A DNA stretch of 64,000 nt from Amoebidium appalachense (Eukaryota > Protista > Ichthyosporea): the NCBI GenBank assembly GCA_963693365.1, contig CAVNZM010000013.1, forward strand, positions 1,141,817-1,205,816, in the 5' to 3' direction. Made by a program: the position numbers and the translations under genes. Below are positions 23,734 through 35,588 of this stretch, one piece after another. Every line of letters starts with the position of its first letter. The first letter of the stretch is position 1. The notes under the pieces were generated by a model. That model was not told the DNA's origin, made no database searches, and saw nothing but the letters and a program-made list of their open reading frames with translations.

Positions 23734-23769
<36 letters not shown>

Positions 23770-24173
23770 ATCCCCCCCGCCCAGGGAGACTCACGTGCGT
23801 GTTGAATACTCTGTTTTTTCTTTGTTGCACATCACATTGCGGTTCTAAAGATTTATTATTGGTGGTGATTGAATCCGGTTCGATTGAAGGACCATTACAG
23901 TGTGAAATTAATGAAATTCAGTTCGGCTTCTACAATATCGATGTATGATACCACATTCTAGCCCCCCCTTCCCCCCTCCCCTCCCCTGCCTCCCCCCTCC
24001 CCCCTTCCCCTGGGGGGAATCCTCCCATTGCACATACACGTGCCATCGTTACAAACCTACCCACACCTTCACCTCAGCCCACCCACACACCCACCGAACC
24101 ACACACACACTCACACCTACCCCCCTCACCTCTCCCGCCACACACGCACACACACACACACATCGACATATAT

Positions 24174-24224
<51 letters not shown>

Positions 24225-24289
24225 CCTCATCCCCCCCTTCCCCCCTCCCCTCCCCCCCCCCCCCCCCCCCCAAACACTCAAACAAACAT

Positions 24290-24347
<58 letters not shown>

Positions 24348-25234
24348 ACAAGCACACACACCCACACCCACACACCTACCCCCCCCCCCCCCCCCCCCCC
24401 CAAATTCCCCCTCCCCTCCCCCCCCTTCCCCGCCCCCCTCCCCTCCCTTCCCCCCGGCCACACACACACACACACAACCTAGATGACTGGGAAGGTCATC
24501 CGAAGGTTGGAGATGTGTTCTGCCCGTTCAACGGCCTCCCCGAGGAATTTGGCGCTTTTTTCGAAAGTGTTCGGAGGGGGAGGGCAGACCCAAGGGGGCA
24601 CCCGGCAAAGGCTCTGCTTGATGTGGCCATGATACATGGTGCGTATATGCCCCCCCCCCTCCCCCCCCCCCCCCCCCCCCCCCGTCCCGCCTCCGGGGGG
24701 GGGGGGGAGGGGGAGAGGGGGGAAGGGTTTAAGGCTTCAAGTAGAGGAAGTCCCTTGAGAGCAGGAGAAGAAGGTGTGTGTGTGAGGGGTGAGTGTGTGT
24801 GAGGCAGGAAAGGGGAAGGCAAACCAGAGGGCGAAGATAGGTGGGTTTTTTTTTGGGTTTTTTTTGTTGTTTTTTTTTGGGGGGGGGGGAGGGGGGTTGA
24901 ACGATGGCCATGGGAAGAAGGGGAAATGGGGGCGTGTGCGTTGGGAAGGAGGGATGGGCGGGGGCATGCCCAGAGGGGGAAAGGGGGGGGGAGGGGAAGG
25001 GGGGCGGCGGGGGGGGGGGGGGGGGGGAGGGTTCTGTGGGTGGTGGGAAGGGGGCGGGGGGGGGGGGGGGGGGAGGGGGGGGGGGGAGGGGGATAGACAA
25101 TTCCATTATCTAAGCCTTTACGATTGAGACCATGTGGATGTCACAAAAATTGATCAGATCCTTGCCCTGTCACACCCACAGCATGCCTACAGCCGACCAG
25201 GGGAAACAAAGTCGCCCCCGTAGATGAAGTGTGA
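15968..25234 (+). CDS. Gfo/Idh/MocA family NAD(P)-dependent oxidoreductase; 9 exons, ~364 aa
   Basis: Phase-consistent exons: 15968-16170, 16929-17013, 18641-18757, 19367-19442, 20469-20554, 21138-21288, 22628-22795, 24483-24638, 25182-25234. Motifs: Rossmann VRLGLVGAG, IDAVYIALP, ALRKGRHVMSEKPMA, VSENYRFE, YYQTPWR, LESSCHFVAGLR, VIGTEGTLTL. Confidence 0.92.
18829..19030 (+). repeat. Dispersed poly(C)-flanked repeat family, intronic copy
   Basis: GAGGTGAATGGGTCGAAACTCGGGTACTGTG and CTGAGAATGGGCTCTGCCTATCATGCA match the reverse complement of 33041-33200. Partial copies at 5500-5605(-), 20823-20880(+), 48031-48094(+) and 58657-58725(+). Confidence 0.8.
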
Positions 25235-25682
25235 AATACTCCTTACTACTTTGTTCGTAATGAACACAAGAGATGACGCAGGGCCAATGGCCTATGAATG
25301 CACGAACGTCGGTCATATGGACTGATGGGTTTGGACTGGCGCCCGCATCAGCACGTACAAACGAGAGCAAAAAATTGCTGTAATTATGCCAATAACTACA
25401 GGAGGAAGCCTGTGTGTAGCCCTCATGATTTATTTGTAATACACATCGTTCATAGCCATGGCCTATAATTTATGGGACCTTAGCTCAGTAGGTTGGCTGA
25501 CAAAACATGGCAGAGAGCCAGTTTCGTTTCCGTTTTGCACATGGCACAAGTAGGGGTATCTGATGTAAGACTATCGGTACACTCTATATTGGAGGTGCAT
25601 ATTGGTCTTGCCACTAAGATAACACATCCTCGGATTCTAAATCCGGGACGCATGGGGGGTTACAAACTGTTGTTTCTTTGAT

Positions 25683-26078
25683 CATGTACATATGTCACTG
25701 GCTGCATTTGATTGGCTGTGCTGGAAAACGCAGTAGGCCGTCGAATGTGGCTGGGCCTCCGGCAGTGTCCACGCAATAAAAAGAGTGTAAACCCCTATGA
25801 ATCCAGTCAAAAGAAAAGAAAAAAAAAAAAATTTCAAAAAAATTTTTCACACGCAAATTTTTTAAACTTTTTTAAAATTTTGCAAATACGAAAATTTTTG
25901 TTATGAGCCCCATAGGTGTAGGTGTCTACCTTGCGTACATATCAGAATCTCAATAGAGGCATCGGGGGGTTTACACACTTTTTATTGCGTGGACACTGCC
26001 GGAGGCCCAGCCACATTCGACGGCCTACTGCGTTTTCCAGCGCAGCCAATCAAATGCAGCCAGTGGCATATGTACATG
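25683..26078. mobile_element. MITE with ~115-bp near-perfect terminal inverted repeats
   Basis: CATGTACATATGTCACTGGCTGCATTTGATTGGCTG...GTGTAAACCCC is mirrored at ~25966-26078. Palindromic ATGTACAT at both ends may be an 8-bp TSD (ambiguous). Confidence 0.88.
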
Positions 26079-26143
26079 TTAGGCAACAATGAGCGCCATC
26101 GTAGTATATGACACCCCTATTACATATTATGGGTAAGCAGAGG

Positions 26144-27510
26144 CTAGCATCGGTAGCTCCGAATTAGAAAGTTAAGACACCGGATCACAATATCATACTG
26201 TGCAGCATTAATAAGGTGATCTAGGATAGTCATCTTAAAACGGATATATTGAGGAAGAGAGGAAGAAAAGAGAATAAAACCGCCAATAACCCCCGGTTCT
26301 AATACGTTAGCTAACAGGTTGCACTTATTGATAGATATGCAGCCGCGAGTAAACCGCCCCGGCCACACATATTACACATACGAGCAGGAGACACCAGAAA
26401 CCGATTACACCGCCAAGCCAGAATCATCTTTGCGTTTTTACACCATACCACATTACGAATAAACGAATCTATGTATGAACAAAACTCTCTAACCGTATCC
26501 GTCATATAGGCTACTAGTAGGTAGTTGGTGTTTTTGCGGTCCTAACACCGGAAGGGACTCAACACGTAGAGTAAAAAGATATCTATCAGCCATAGACTTG
26601 AAACTATTCATATTAACACTATGATCTAGCCGTACCTCCGGTGGGGTCGCCAGCCATTCCACATAACGCTCGGCAATGGGCAGAGACGATGGGGAAGGGA
26701 AGAGGTAGAGGGGCGAGTCCGGCGGGGATGCGTGTAGCCGGAAGAGCGGGTGGTCCGGGGCACAAGCTCGTGAAATTTAAGGGCTAATTCGTGTACGCGT
26801 TGTGATGGTGGTGTGAGTGCGTAGAGAGAATCAAAAAGGCGTCTAGGGATAGGTGTGGAAACTCACACGTACTGACGGTGTGCACGCGCGTGCGATGAAC
26901 TTTACGTTCGCTGCAGGCGGTTTTTCCTTACACTCTCCGATTTTTCCTTACACTCTCGCGACCGCGTGCATGCTTTCTGTCGCGGCGCCTCGACGGTTCG
27001 ATAGAGTCCAGTGTTCGCTGAATGTGTAAGGAAAAATAAGGAGCCATCTCAGTAGGTGACAGTTTCCTTACACTCTCGCGACCGCGTGCATGCTTTCTGT
27101 CGCGGCGCCTCGACGGTTCGATAAGAGTCCAGTGTTCGCTGAATGTGTAAGGAAAAATAAGGAGCCATCTCAGTAGGTGGCAGGTGTGGAAAGACCAGTG
27201 AGAAACGTACAACAAGTTGTGTAGTGGAAATCATCTATTGATTTGAGGACATTAGTAACAGTATCAGGGGGTGCCATAGCTAGTAAGGGCAACCGTATTC
27301 AGACAAAGGGCGAATATATGTGCGAAATATACTAAGACGATTGTATAGGTGGACAGTATGAGAAAGAGTAGCAAGATACACATCCCTAAATAACCGAAGA
27401 CACCTGCCTGCACTCTCCACCCCCCGACGGTCGATCGACGATCATCCGTTTGAAACATATGCCCCATTCGTCCACCGGAATCCCCAAATACTTGTATTCG
27501 ATTGGGTGAG
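26144..27510 (-). mobile_element. Fossil, 5'-truncated, frameshifted non-LTR retrotransposon ORF2 (RT thumb to C-terminus), related to the intact LINE at 37-42 kb
   Basis: Minus-strand peptides align in order with the intact ORF2: EYKYLGIPVDEWG ~ EYKYLGVPVDSVG; RLSIFRTYIRPLSEYG ~ RLTFIRTFVFPACEYG; SLYALTPPSQRVHELALKF ~ SIYGLVPIAARVSYLALKF; PDHPLF ~ PSHPLF; ILAWRCNRF ~ AIQWRSNKY; TILDHLINAAQYDIVIRCLNFL ~ NILDFILNTRNYDLFIRCIDWL. Confidence 0.88.
26862..27181. mobile_element. 320-bp non-autonomous insertion with an 11-bp TSD (Mutator-like length) and an internal ~121-bp tandem duplication
   Basis: AGGTGTGGAAA is repeated at 26851-26861 and 27182-27192. Removing the insert restores the fossil LINE frame (..TGLSTP|IPRRLFDSLYAL..). 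Weak TIR: CACGTACTGA / TCAGTAGGTG. Confidence 0.85.
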
Positions 27511-28514
27511 GGAGGGGACGTGTAATTCACTCGACCAATGGGCTTCCGGAAGTTTGATGTCGTCCTTATTTGGTGCCTGACAAAGACTAGTCTAATTTGA
27601 TGACGTCACACACACTTGATCCCGTAAGCGGGGTGCCCTCGAAGTGGTGTCTCGAGTTTAGCACACCTATGTGTAAAGAGCTCTATTGTATCGGCTTTTG
27701 AGTTTTTTGTTCACTAATTCAACATATATTTTAAACTTCAAAATACCCATCAACTGGCATATATACTTCACACCACGGTTTGCTTGGATTGGTAAAGTAA
27801 ACACCCCATATATATAACACATGTCAACACCCCCAATCGACTGTGGTTGGTTTGAGATCAGCAACTAGCGTCTACGTGCTTTGTACTAGTATTTACACAG
27901 CACAAGCTTCTCGCATGCGCACGTATCATAGGTTACACGTAAAAGTGGGAGTTGTTGAGCCAGCCTCTCACGTGAAAGTTTAGGAATCCGAACGGAAAGA
28001 TCTCAGCATTCTCGAGCAAACGCTTGCTAGGGCTTCGAAGCACCGCTGTGCGTTTTCCTTTCCCCCAGCACATTTATGGGAGCTGACTTGTGTTTTCTTA
28101 ACCTCAGCAAATTCAAGAGCAAGCACATAAACACAAACGCTCGAGCAAGTTGTGAAAGCATACGTAGCAACAACGGTATTCCTTTTCCTCGTTCCTTCTT
28201 CTAGTGCAACCTTTTTCAATTATTGCCCACTATCTGCCCAACCTAAGGCCAGAAGGGGCCCAAAGCAAACCCTACGGCTACTAACAGAGCCACGCTTCTC
28301 TTCAGCAATTTATTAGTGCTCTCGCTTTTACAAATGGGATTCACAATCCAGCGCTGGTTTGATACCTTGTAGGCAGTTTGGGCATTCCCTCTAGGCCCAT
28401 CTGTCTCACTCCATCTGCAACCACTCCATCTCTTCACTCATATTTTCGTTCATCTCTTCTCTTTTCATTTCAATCTCATCTTTTATTCACTTTCCGCACA
28501 AGCAACTGAAAAAA

Positions 28515-29702
28515 ATGTCTCAGCCACAAATAAAAGCGCTAACCTCAGCCACCGCAAACCCATTTGTCTACCAACGTCGCATTTACGCACTCGGCGCCAT
28601 CATAATCCTTCTACTATCCGGAACCTTATTTTTCAATTTCGGAAACACAGATGTGTGCACCAGGGAACCGGGTGTCTCCGTTCAAATAGTCACCACTCCC
28701 CCGGAACCCCCAGAGCAGCCTGAAATTCCCTTGCAGCAAATTAGGACTTTGCCGAAACCGGCCTATAGGCAGTCCCCTGTCGTTTACGCAAACGACACGG
28801 ATGGTTTTTCGTGCAGCGACGAGTGGGAGAGCGAACTGGACAACAGCACGTACACGTTAATGGTTCTGCTGCATGGAAATGTCGACATCAACGGAATCAT
28901 TAGGGATTCTCTTGGGACATGGCGCCTTTCGCACATTGTTTTCGTGTGGAATAACGTCGGGCAAAATCCTCCGGAACTTCCGCAGAGCGTCAACTCGACG
29001 GCCCCCAATAACCCGCGGAGCATTAGAATATCGATGCTCGTTATGCCACGAAACAGCCTTCTGAATCGGTTCAAACCGTTTAACGTAATACTCACGCGCG
29101 TAGTCTACCACATGGACAACGACAATCGCCTGCCACCCATTGCGTTTGAGTTCATGTTTGACACGTGGCGTGAAAACCAAAACAAATTGATCGGTCCGGC
29201 TTACAGGGTGTTCAGCAGGGGGACGGCTTATTGGGATGAGAACAGAATGGATCGAGAGGGCTATGACATTGTTTTGACGGGGTCATCTTTCATCACCCTG
29301 GGGATGATGAGGCGGTTCACGTGTGGGGAGGAGTACGCATCACTGAGAGATTCGGTGGACAAAAACATGAACTGCGAGGACCTCGTTATGAATTTCGTCT
29401 ACGTGAAAAATGGCGGTGGGGGCTTGGGAATGCGTCTCGTGCATAATCAGGACGGGGTGGATGAGGGATGCCGGTCGGATCTGATTCTTAACGGGAGGGT
29501 GTTGCAGAGGTCTAGGGGAGGGGAGAATGCGGCGGGGTTGTCGATGAAGAATTGGACGGAATTTTCGCAGTATCGGTCGAATTTTTATTTTAACGCGAAA
29601 AAGGTCCTCGGTGTTGAGCCCCCCTTTAGAACGAGCTGGGTAACACCTGCTCTGGACGTCGCAAGGGGTTTTTGCGCGTGGAGGGCAGCGCCGCCAGCAT
29701 GA
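28515..29702 (+). CDS. Exostosin/EXTL2-like glycosyltransferase family 64 (alpha-N-acetylhexosaminyltransferase), type II membrane protein, intronless
   Basis: 395-aa ORF with an N-terminal TM segment (IYALGAIIILLLSGTLFF) and a Pro-rich stem. GT64 motifs IVFVWNN, NSLLNRFKP, DxD (MDND), FDTWRE...LIG, YDIVLTGSSF, NCEDLVMNF. Confidence 0.92.
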   Translation: MSQPQIKALTSATANPFVYQRRIYALGAIIILLLSGTLFFNFGNTDVCTREPGVSVQIVTTPPEPPEQPEIPLQQIRTLPKPAYRQSPVVYANDTDGFSCSDEWESELDNSTYTLMVLLHGNVDINGIIRDSLGTWRLSHIVFVWNNVGQNPPELPQSVNSTAPNNPRSIRISMLVMPRNSLLNRFKPFNVILTRVVYHMDNDNRLPPIAFEFMFDTWRENQNKLIGPAYRVFSRGTAYWDENRMDREGYDIVLTGSSFITLGMMRRFTCGEEYASLRDSVDKNMNCEDLVMNFVYVKNGGGGLGMRLVHNQDGVDEGCRSDLILNGRVLQRSRGGENAAGLSMKNWTEFSQYRSNFYFNAKKVLGVEPPFRTSWVTPALDVARGFCAWRAAPPA

Positions 29703-29734
29703 GGTCGTTTCGTTTGGGGGGGGGGGGTTTCCTC

Positions 29735-29779
<45 letters not shown>

Positions 29780-29845
29780 CTTTGTTTTGGTGTGGGTGTG
29801 GGTGTGGTGTGTGAGTGTGTGTTTGGTGGTGGTGGTGGTGGTGGT

Positions 29846-29876
<31 letters not shown>

Positions 29877-30768
29877 GAAGGAGGGGGTGGGGGGAGGGGG
29901 GGTTACTGTTTGTCCCTCTTATGTTTTTTTTCAAACCCCCTATATATTTTTTCCAGACCCTCCCCCCCCCACCCCTCCTCTCCTCCTCCTCCTCCCCACC
30001 TCCATTTTCCTCTTTCCATGCTCGTTAAAACTTCACCACGTCTGGTTTTTTTCCCTGAATTTTCCTTTATTTTTCAGTGACATGGACTAACGGGAGGGGA
30101 CAGACGGTCAGTAGGACAGATTTCATAGGCCGACATGTACATGTGCCGTAATGTATTGGATATATATGAACCCCTCCTTCTATGTCCTTTTCGAAATTTT
30201 GAAGAATACATTGATGTAGAGTAAACTGTAACTATCTTTCGAAGGTCAGGCTCGTCCATGTAAACTCTTGCGGTCATGACCATCATTGTGTTGTGTTTTT
30301 TTAATGATTATGAGCCTGCCACGGGTTTTCTTTTTTCCAGATATGAGAAAGCATATTGTTGGAGGTATACGTGGGTGGTTGTGTATATGCCAGGGGGCGA
30401 AGGGAGGCCTCGCCCAGGGGAGGCCCAGGGGGAGGGGGGGGGGGGGGGGGGGGACACATTCGCTGAATGTACACCCGGCTCACCGCACTTGGTACGTTCT
30501 AACTTGGTCAGCGTGATATATGTATTCTAGTAGAGGCAAAGCTTTTTGGACAGTAGTTTTATCCAAGGATGTGAATGTAGTGACACCCGTGCGTCCGAGA
30601 ATTATAAAGGGTTGTGATTTATTGTATTGACTGATTCACTGGTACTGAGCTGTAAGTTTTATAAGACACTGCATTTAATTTTTAGTACTGGGAAATGATT
30701 GGTTGATGCATTTTGTAATCTATTACTGCCCATTGCCGCAATCTGGGCCAATCAAATATAAAAAGGAG

Positions 30769-30801
<33 letters not shown>

Positions 30802-31616
30802 GCACACACACACAGTGTCACACACACACACGAACGCACATGCACACCAAGGACAGGACACTCACCCCTTTCCTCTCCCCCCCTCCGCCCCCCCCCCCAC
30901 ACACACATACACACTGTACTGCACACACACACACACACGTGCACACACACACACACACACACACACACACCGTGACACACACACGCGCGCGCGCGCGCAC
31001 GCACACATGTAATGCATTAATGTACACACATGGATTTTTTCGGCCTCAAGTTGACTGGTAACGATGCTTTTAGAGCATCCGCTGAGGACAGTGGCTAATC
31101 CCGGATGATAAAGAAAATTAAAAATGACTTGTTGCACATGAGAGCCGTTTCAGAATCTTGTGCACAGCCTATAACAATAATAAGAGAGTGACTAAGATGA
31201 ACGATGTAACATAAGCTTGACGGGGAAGCCACAGACTCCCCTCGCGATTCGAGTGCCCCCCCCCCCCCCCCCCCCCCCCCCTCCCCCCCCCCCCCCCTCT
31301 GAGGCTCCCCGAGTATCTTATTTGGCCCCAGCCTCAAGGCCTGGTACGTAGCACAGGTCTAGTAGAATTTATTTTTTTCAGGCAGGCTGGTACTATCTTA
31401 GTATCTTACCGGGTGAACTTCCTTAATGATTTTCCTGAATGCGGGGGCCCGTGAACGGCAGTGGACAGTCGACTCCTCATTGCATTTGCGAGCTAGATAG
31501 ATTCTGAGAACCGCATTGCCAAGTGCCGGGCCCGGACAGGCTGCGAACTGAAGAGAATGGAGTCAATTCAGATAAAAGAAGGCTTAGAGAGTCCGCTGAG
31601 GTCTCTCACTCTCTCC

Positions 31617-31647
<31 letters not shown>

Positions 31648-31849
31648 ACCAACCTGTACTCACAGATTTTAATCCTCTCTTAAGGCTTTCGATTCCGTTT
31701 CTAGAGATCCGAACTGAGTCCCCCCCCCCCCTCCCCCCCCCCCCCCCCCTCAGAGGCTCCCTCTGAGACTAGATCTAGAGAGACGAAAGAAATTTTAGGA
31801 AGAAAGAGAATTTGTGTGTGGGGACTGGGGGGGGGGGGGGGGGGGGGGG

Positions 31850-31888
<39 letters not shown>

Positions 31889-32432
31889 GAGGGAGAGAGA
31901 CCGTGAGAGAGAGTGAGAGAGATCTCAGCTGAGGTTTGAAAGCCTCGAAGAGAGAAAGCCTTAGTAGGAGCCCGAAGAGCTCAGAGAGGCTTTAGGGGAG
32001 GGGGGGGGGCTCGCAGAGAGTGAGAACTCGGGAGGAGTGTGGAAGAGGAGGAAGAGGCCCCCGGGGGGGGAGGGGGGGGGGGGGGGGGGGGGGGAAGAGG
32101 AGGCCGGGATGGGGGAAGAGGGGGGGGGGGGGGGGGAGGGGGGGGGGGGGAGGCAGGCTGGTTGAGTCGGTATCGATATCCAGAGAAATCAACGGTTTTC
32201 AAAGCGCAACTTACTTTGGCAACGGTTGCCAGTGGCCAAAGTAAGTTGCGCTGGCATCAGAATCTGATAACCGTAACCGTTGTTACGGTCACTTTGAATA
32301 TAATAATCAAAGTTTTTTACCGTATTGAATCAGATTCTACCCCGTGACTGATGCCGCGGATATTTTTAGTTAGCCGGGCAGACGAGGCTCAGCCCGGCCT
32401 GATATTTAATCCAATTACAGTGTCACGTGGTG

Positions 32433-32493
<61 letters not shown>

Positions 32494-33040
32494 CTATGTG
32501 TGACACGTGTGTGTGTGTGTAACAGTGTCGTGTGTGACACAGTGTGTGTGACAGTGTTATCGCGTGACACAAGACGGGAAGGCTGAAAAATCAAAGAGTG
32601 TGTCCACGTAACTACCTGAGCCGGTACCTTGAAAAATATACTATTTACAAATCTGGGATGTAACTTGACACGGCCTTGCACCCTTATAAATTCGCGCAGT
32701 GTGAGTGTGCGCATCATGATCAGACTATCAGTGCATGAGGCCCGGTGACCTGTGTGTACGGGTGTAACAGTTCGACAATGTGTGTTTTTCCTTCTCTTAA
32801 TTAACAACCCATTGTACCCGGTAACAAAGTTGAACACTGCCAGAACTATTTTGAAGAAATTCGTTAGAACGTTTACTTACGTGACCTGCCCCCAGGGGTG
32901 CCGATGGGATCCACGTAGTTGCACACATTACCAAGTAGAGTCGGAGCCCGTACACTAGTAAAGTTGAGGCCCAAAGCTTCAAGTCGGGCGGGCGCGGGCG
33001 CCGGGGGGGGGGGGGGGGGGGGGGGGGGGGAGGGGGGGGG

Positions 33041-33200
33041 GGTTTGAATGCGTCAAAAAGTACGAAGTACACAAGAACAAACGGATAACACGATGCAGAA
33101 TGCAAGCCATACATAAAGAGTATGCATAATAAGCAGAGCCCATCCTCAGGGGGGGCCCACGTCATCCACAGTACCCGAGTTTCGACCTATTCACCTCGTT
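33041..33200 (-). repeat. Dispersed poly(C)-flanked repeat family, intergenic copy
   Basis: The reverse complement matches 18829-19030, and 33041-33105 is essentially identical to 48031-48094. Confidence 0.8.
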
Positions 33201-34144
33201 AACGAAACCCAACTCAGATACTGTTTCACTTGAACATGGGTAGGTCACCCGTCTTGAACAGAGACGAGCAGGGTTTATGCAGGCAAGGGCAGTGGGAAAG
33301 GCCGGGGGTTAAAGTTGCAAAAGTTGCAGCAGTAAGCAGAAGCAAGAAAAATATAGATAGGAACTCAGGAGACGGGGCTTCTAGGAAGCTCCCCCGTCGC
33401 TACCTAAGTCGATACTTCCCTGGCTAACATACTACACCAGCTGAAAAGAATTAAGTCCCGAAGGCTGCAGAATTCGCAATCAGAGGGGAAATTATGAGAT
33501 TTGACCCATGCCGCAGGGTAGTAACACGCTTACTAGGGCGGAACTTTAACGTCTTCGAACGGAAAGCTATGCCCCCGGATGTCAACCGGAAATATGGTAT
33601 CACCCATGCTTTGGGCTTGAAAAAAGCCAAATCGGTAGTCCGAGTTATGTTACGCCGGTGGGTAACATGCCGCATGGGTTCCAAGGGAGCTGTCGCCAAC
33701 AGAGTGGCGTGTGCATGCGTGCGCGTAACGCAATGTGTGAAGTGCGTCTATAGCTATGAAAGGGGGTATGCAGAAGTGGACAGATGAAGTGTGTGGAGAG
33801 AAAAAAAGTAGGAAGAAAAGTAGACACCGGTGTGTGCAACCCCGCACAACATACATACATACACACACACACACATAAATAAGCGAAGATTACAGGTAAT
33901 CAACCAGAACAACAAATGACAAGCAAAACAACAAGTGCTGCTGAGGAGATCCTTCAACTTGCGGGGTCGTAAACTCCCCCCCCCCCCCCCCCCCCCCTCC
34001 CCCCCATCCCACCCCCACCACCCCCGCGCGGAAAAAAAAAAAAAAAAAAAAAAAAGAAAAGAAAAAGAAAAAAGTGAGCCCCCTGTGCTCTCTAACGCCA
34101 GAGTCTTCCTTCGCTCCCCCAACCCACCTCTTTTTTTTTTTTTT

Positions 34145-34203
<59 letters not shown>

Positions 34204-34390
34204 ACAATGATTTGGGAAACAAAGACCGGCAGCACAACAGAAAAAAAAAGGGACGGTCAAATTGAGAATAGTGAGGGAGGGAGGGAGGGGGAGGGAGGGG
34301 GAGGGGGAGGGGGAGGGGGAGGGAGAGGCGGAGGCAGAGGCAGAGGGACAGGGAGACGGAGAGAGGGGAAGAGAGAGAGGGAGAGAGACG

Positions 34391-34422
<32 letters not shown>

Positions 34423-34464
34423 GAGAGAAAGAGAGAGAGAGATAGAGGGAGAGAGACATGGAGA

Positions 34465-34530
<66 letters not shown>

Positions 34531-34578
34531 GAGAGAGAGAGAGGGAGGGAGGGAGGGAGGGAGGGAGGGAGAAAGAGC

Positions 34579-34630
<52 letters not shown>

Positions 34631-34663
34631 AAAAGAGGGGGAGAGAGAGAGAGAGCGTGTGAC

Positions 34664-34700
<37 letters not shown>

Positions 34701-35153
34701 CTCAGAGCGAGAGGGAGATGCTGTTAAAGCGAGAAATAGCCTAACTCTTAAGTCTTACAGAGATAGCACGGTGCAGGACACAGGCAAAAATAAACATTAA
34801 GTATGCAACATCAGCAACACGCACAGAGAGGGGGGGGGGGTGGGGGAGAGAGGGAGGGGGGGGGGGGGAGGGGGGGACAGAGAGAGAGAGAGAGAGACTC
34901 TGGAGAAAGCCTCGAAAGAGCCTGGGAGAGAAAGAGAGAGCGCCTGGGGAGAGAAGGGGGAGGGGGGGGGGGGGAAGAAGGGAAAAAGAGAGAGGGGGGA
35001 GGGAAGAGAGAGAGAGACTCGGAGAGCGAGAGCGAGAGAGAGAGAGGGAGGGGGGGGGGGGGAGAAAGAGAGAGAGAGAGAGAGACTCGGAGAGAGAGAG
35101 GGAGAGAGAGAGAGACAGCGAGCGAGGGAGAGGAGAGAGAGAGAGAGATCTCG

Positions 35154-35286
<133 letters not shown>

Positions 35287-35411
35287 AGAGAGATCTCGGA
35301 GAGAGAGGGAGAGAGAAAACGAGATACTTGCCTAGCTGTGTGTGTGTGTGGCACTGTGCAGTGTGTGTGTGTGTTTGTATGGGCGCGCGCGCGTATCACG
35401 ATGCACGTGTG

Positions 35412-35447
<36 letters not shown>

Positions 35448-35450
35448 CAC

Positions 35451-35516
<66 letters not shown>

Positions 35517-35519
35517 GCC

Positions 35520-35588
<69 letters not shown>

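Noticed and set aside
33450-33700. GHSF peptide suggesting a tyrosine recombinase (DIRS/Crypton) remnant
   Set aside because: The downstream catalytic pattern (R..G, LGRW.S, Y) is absent.
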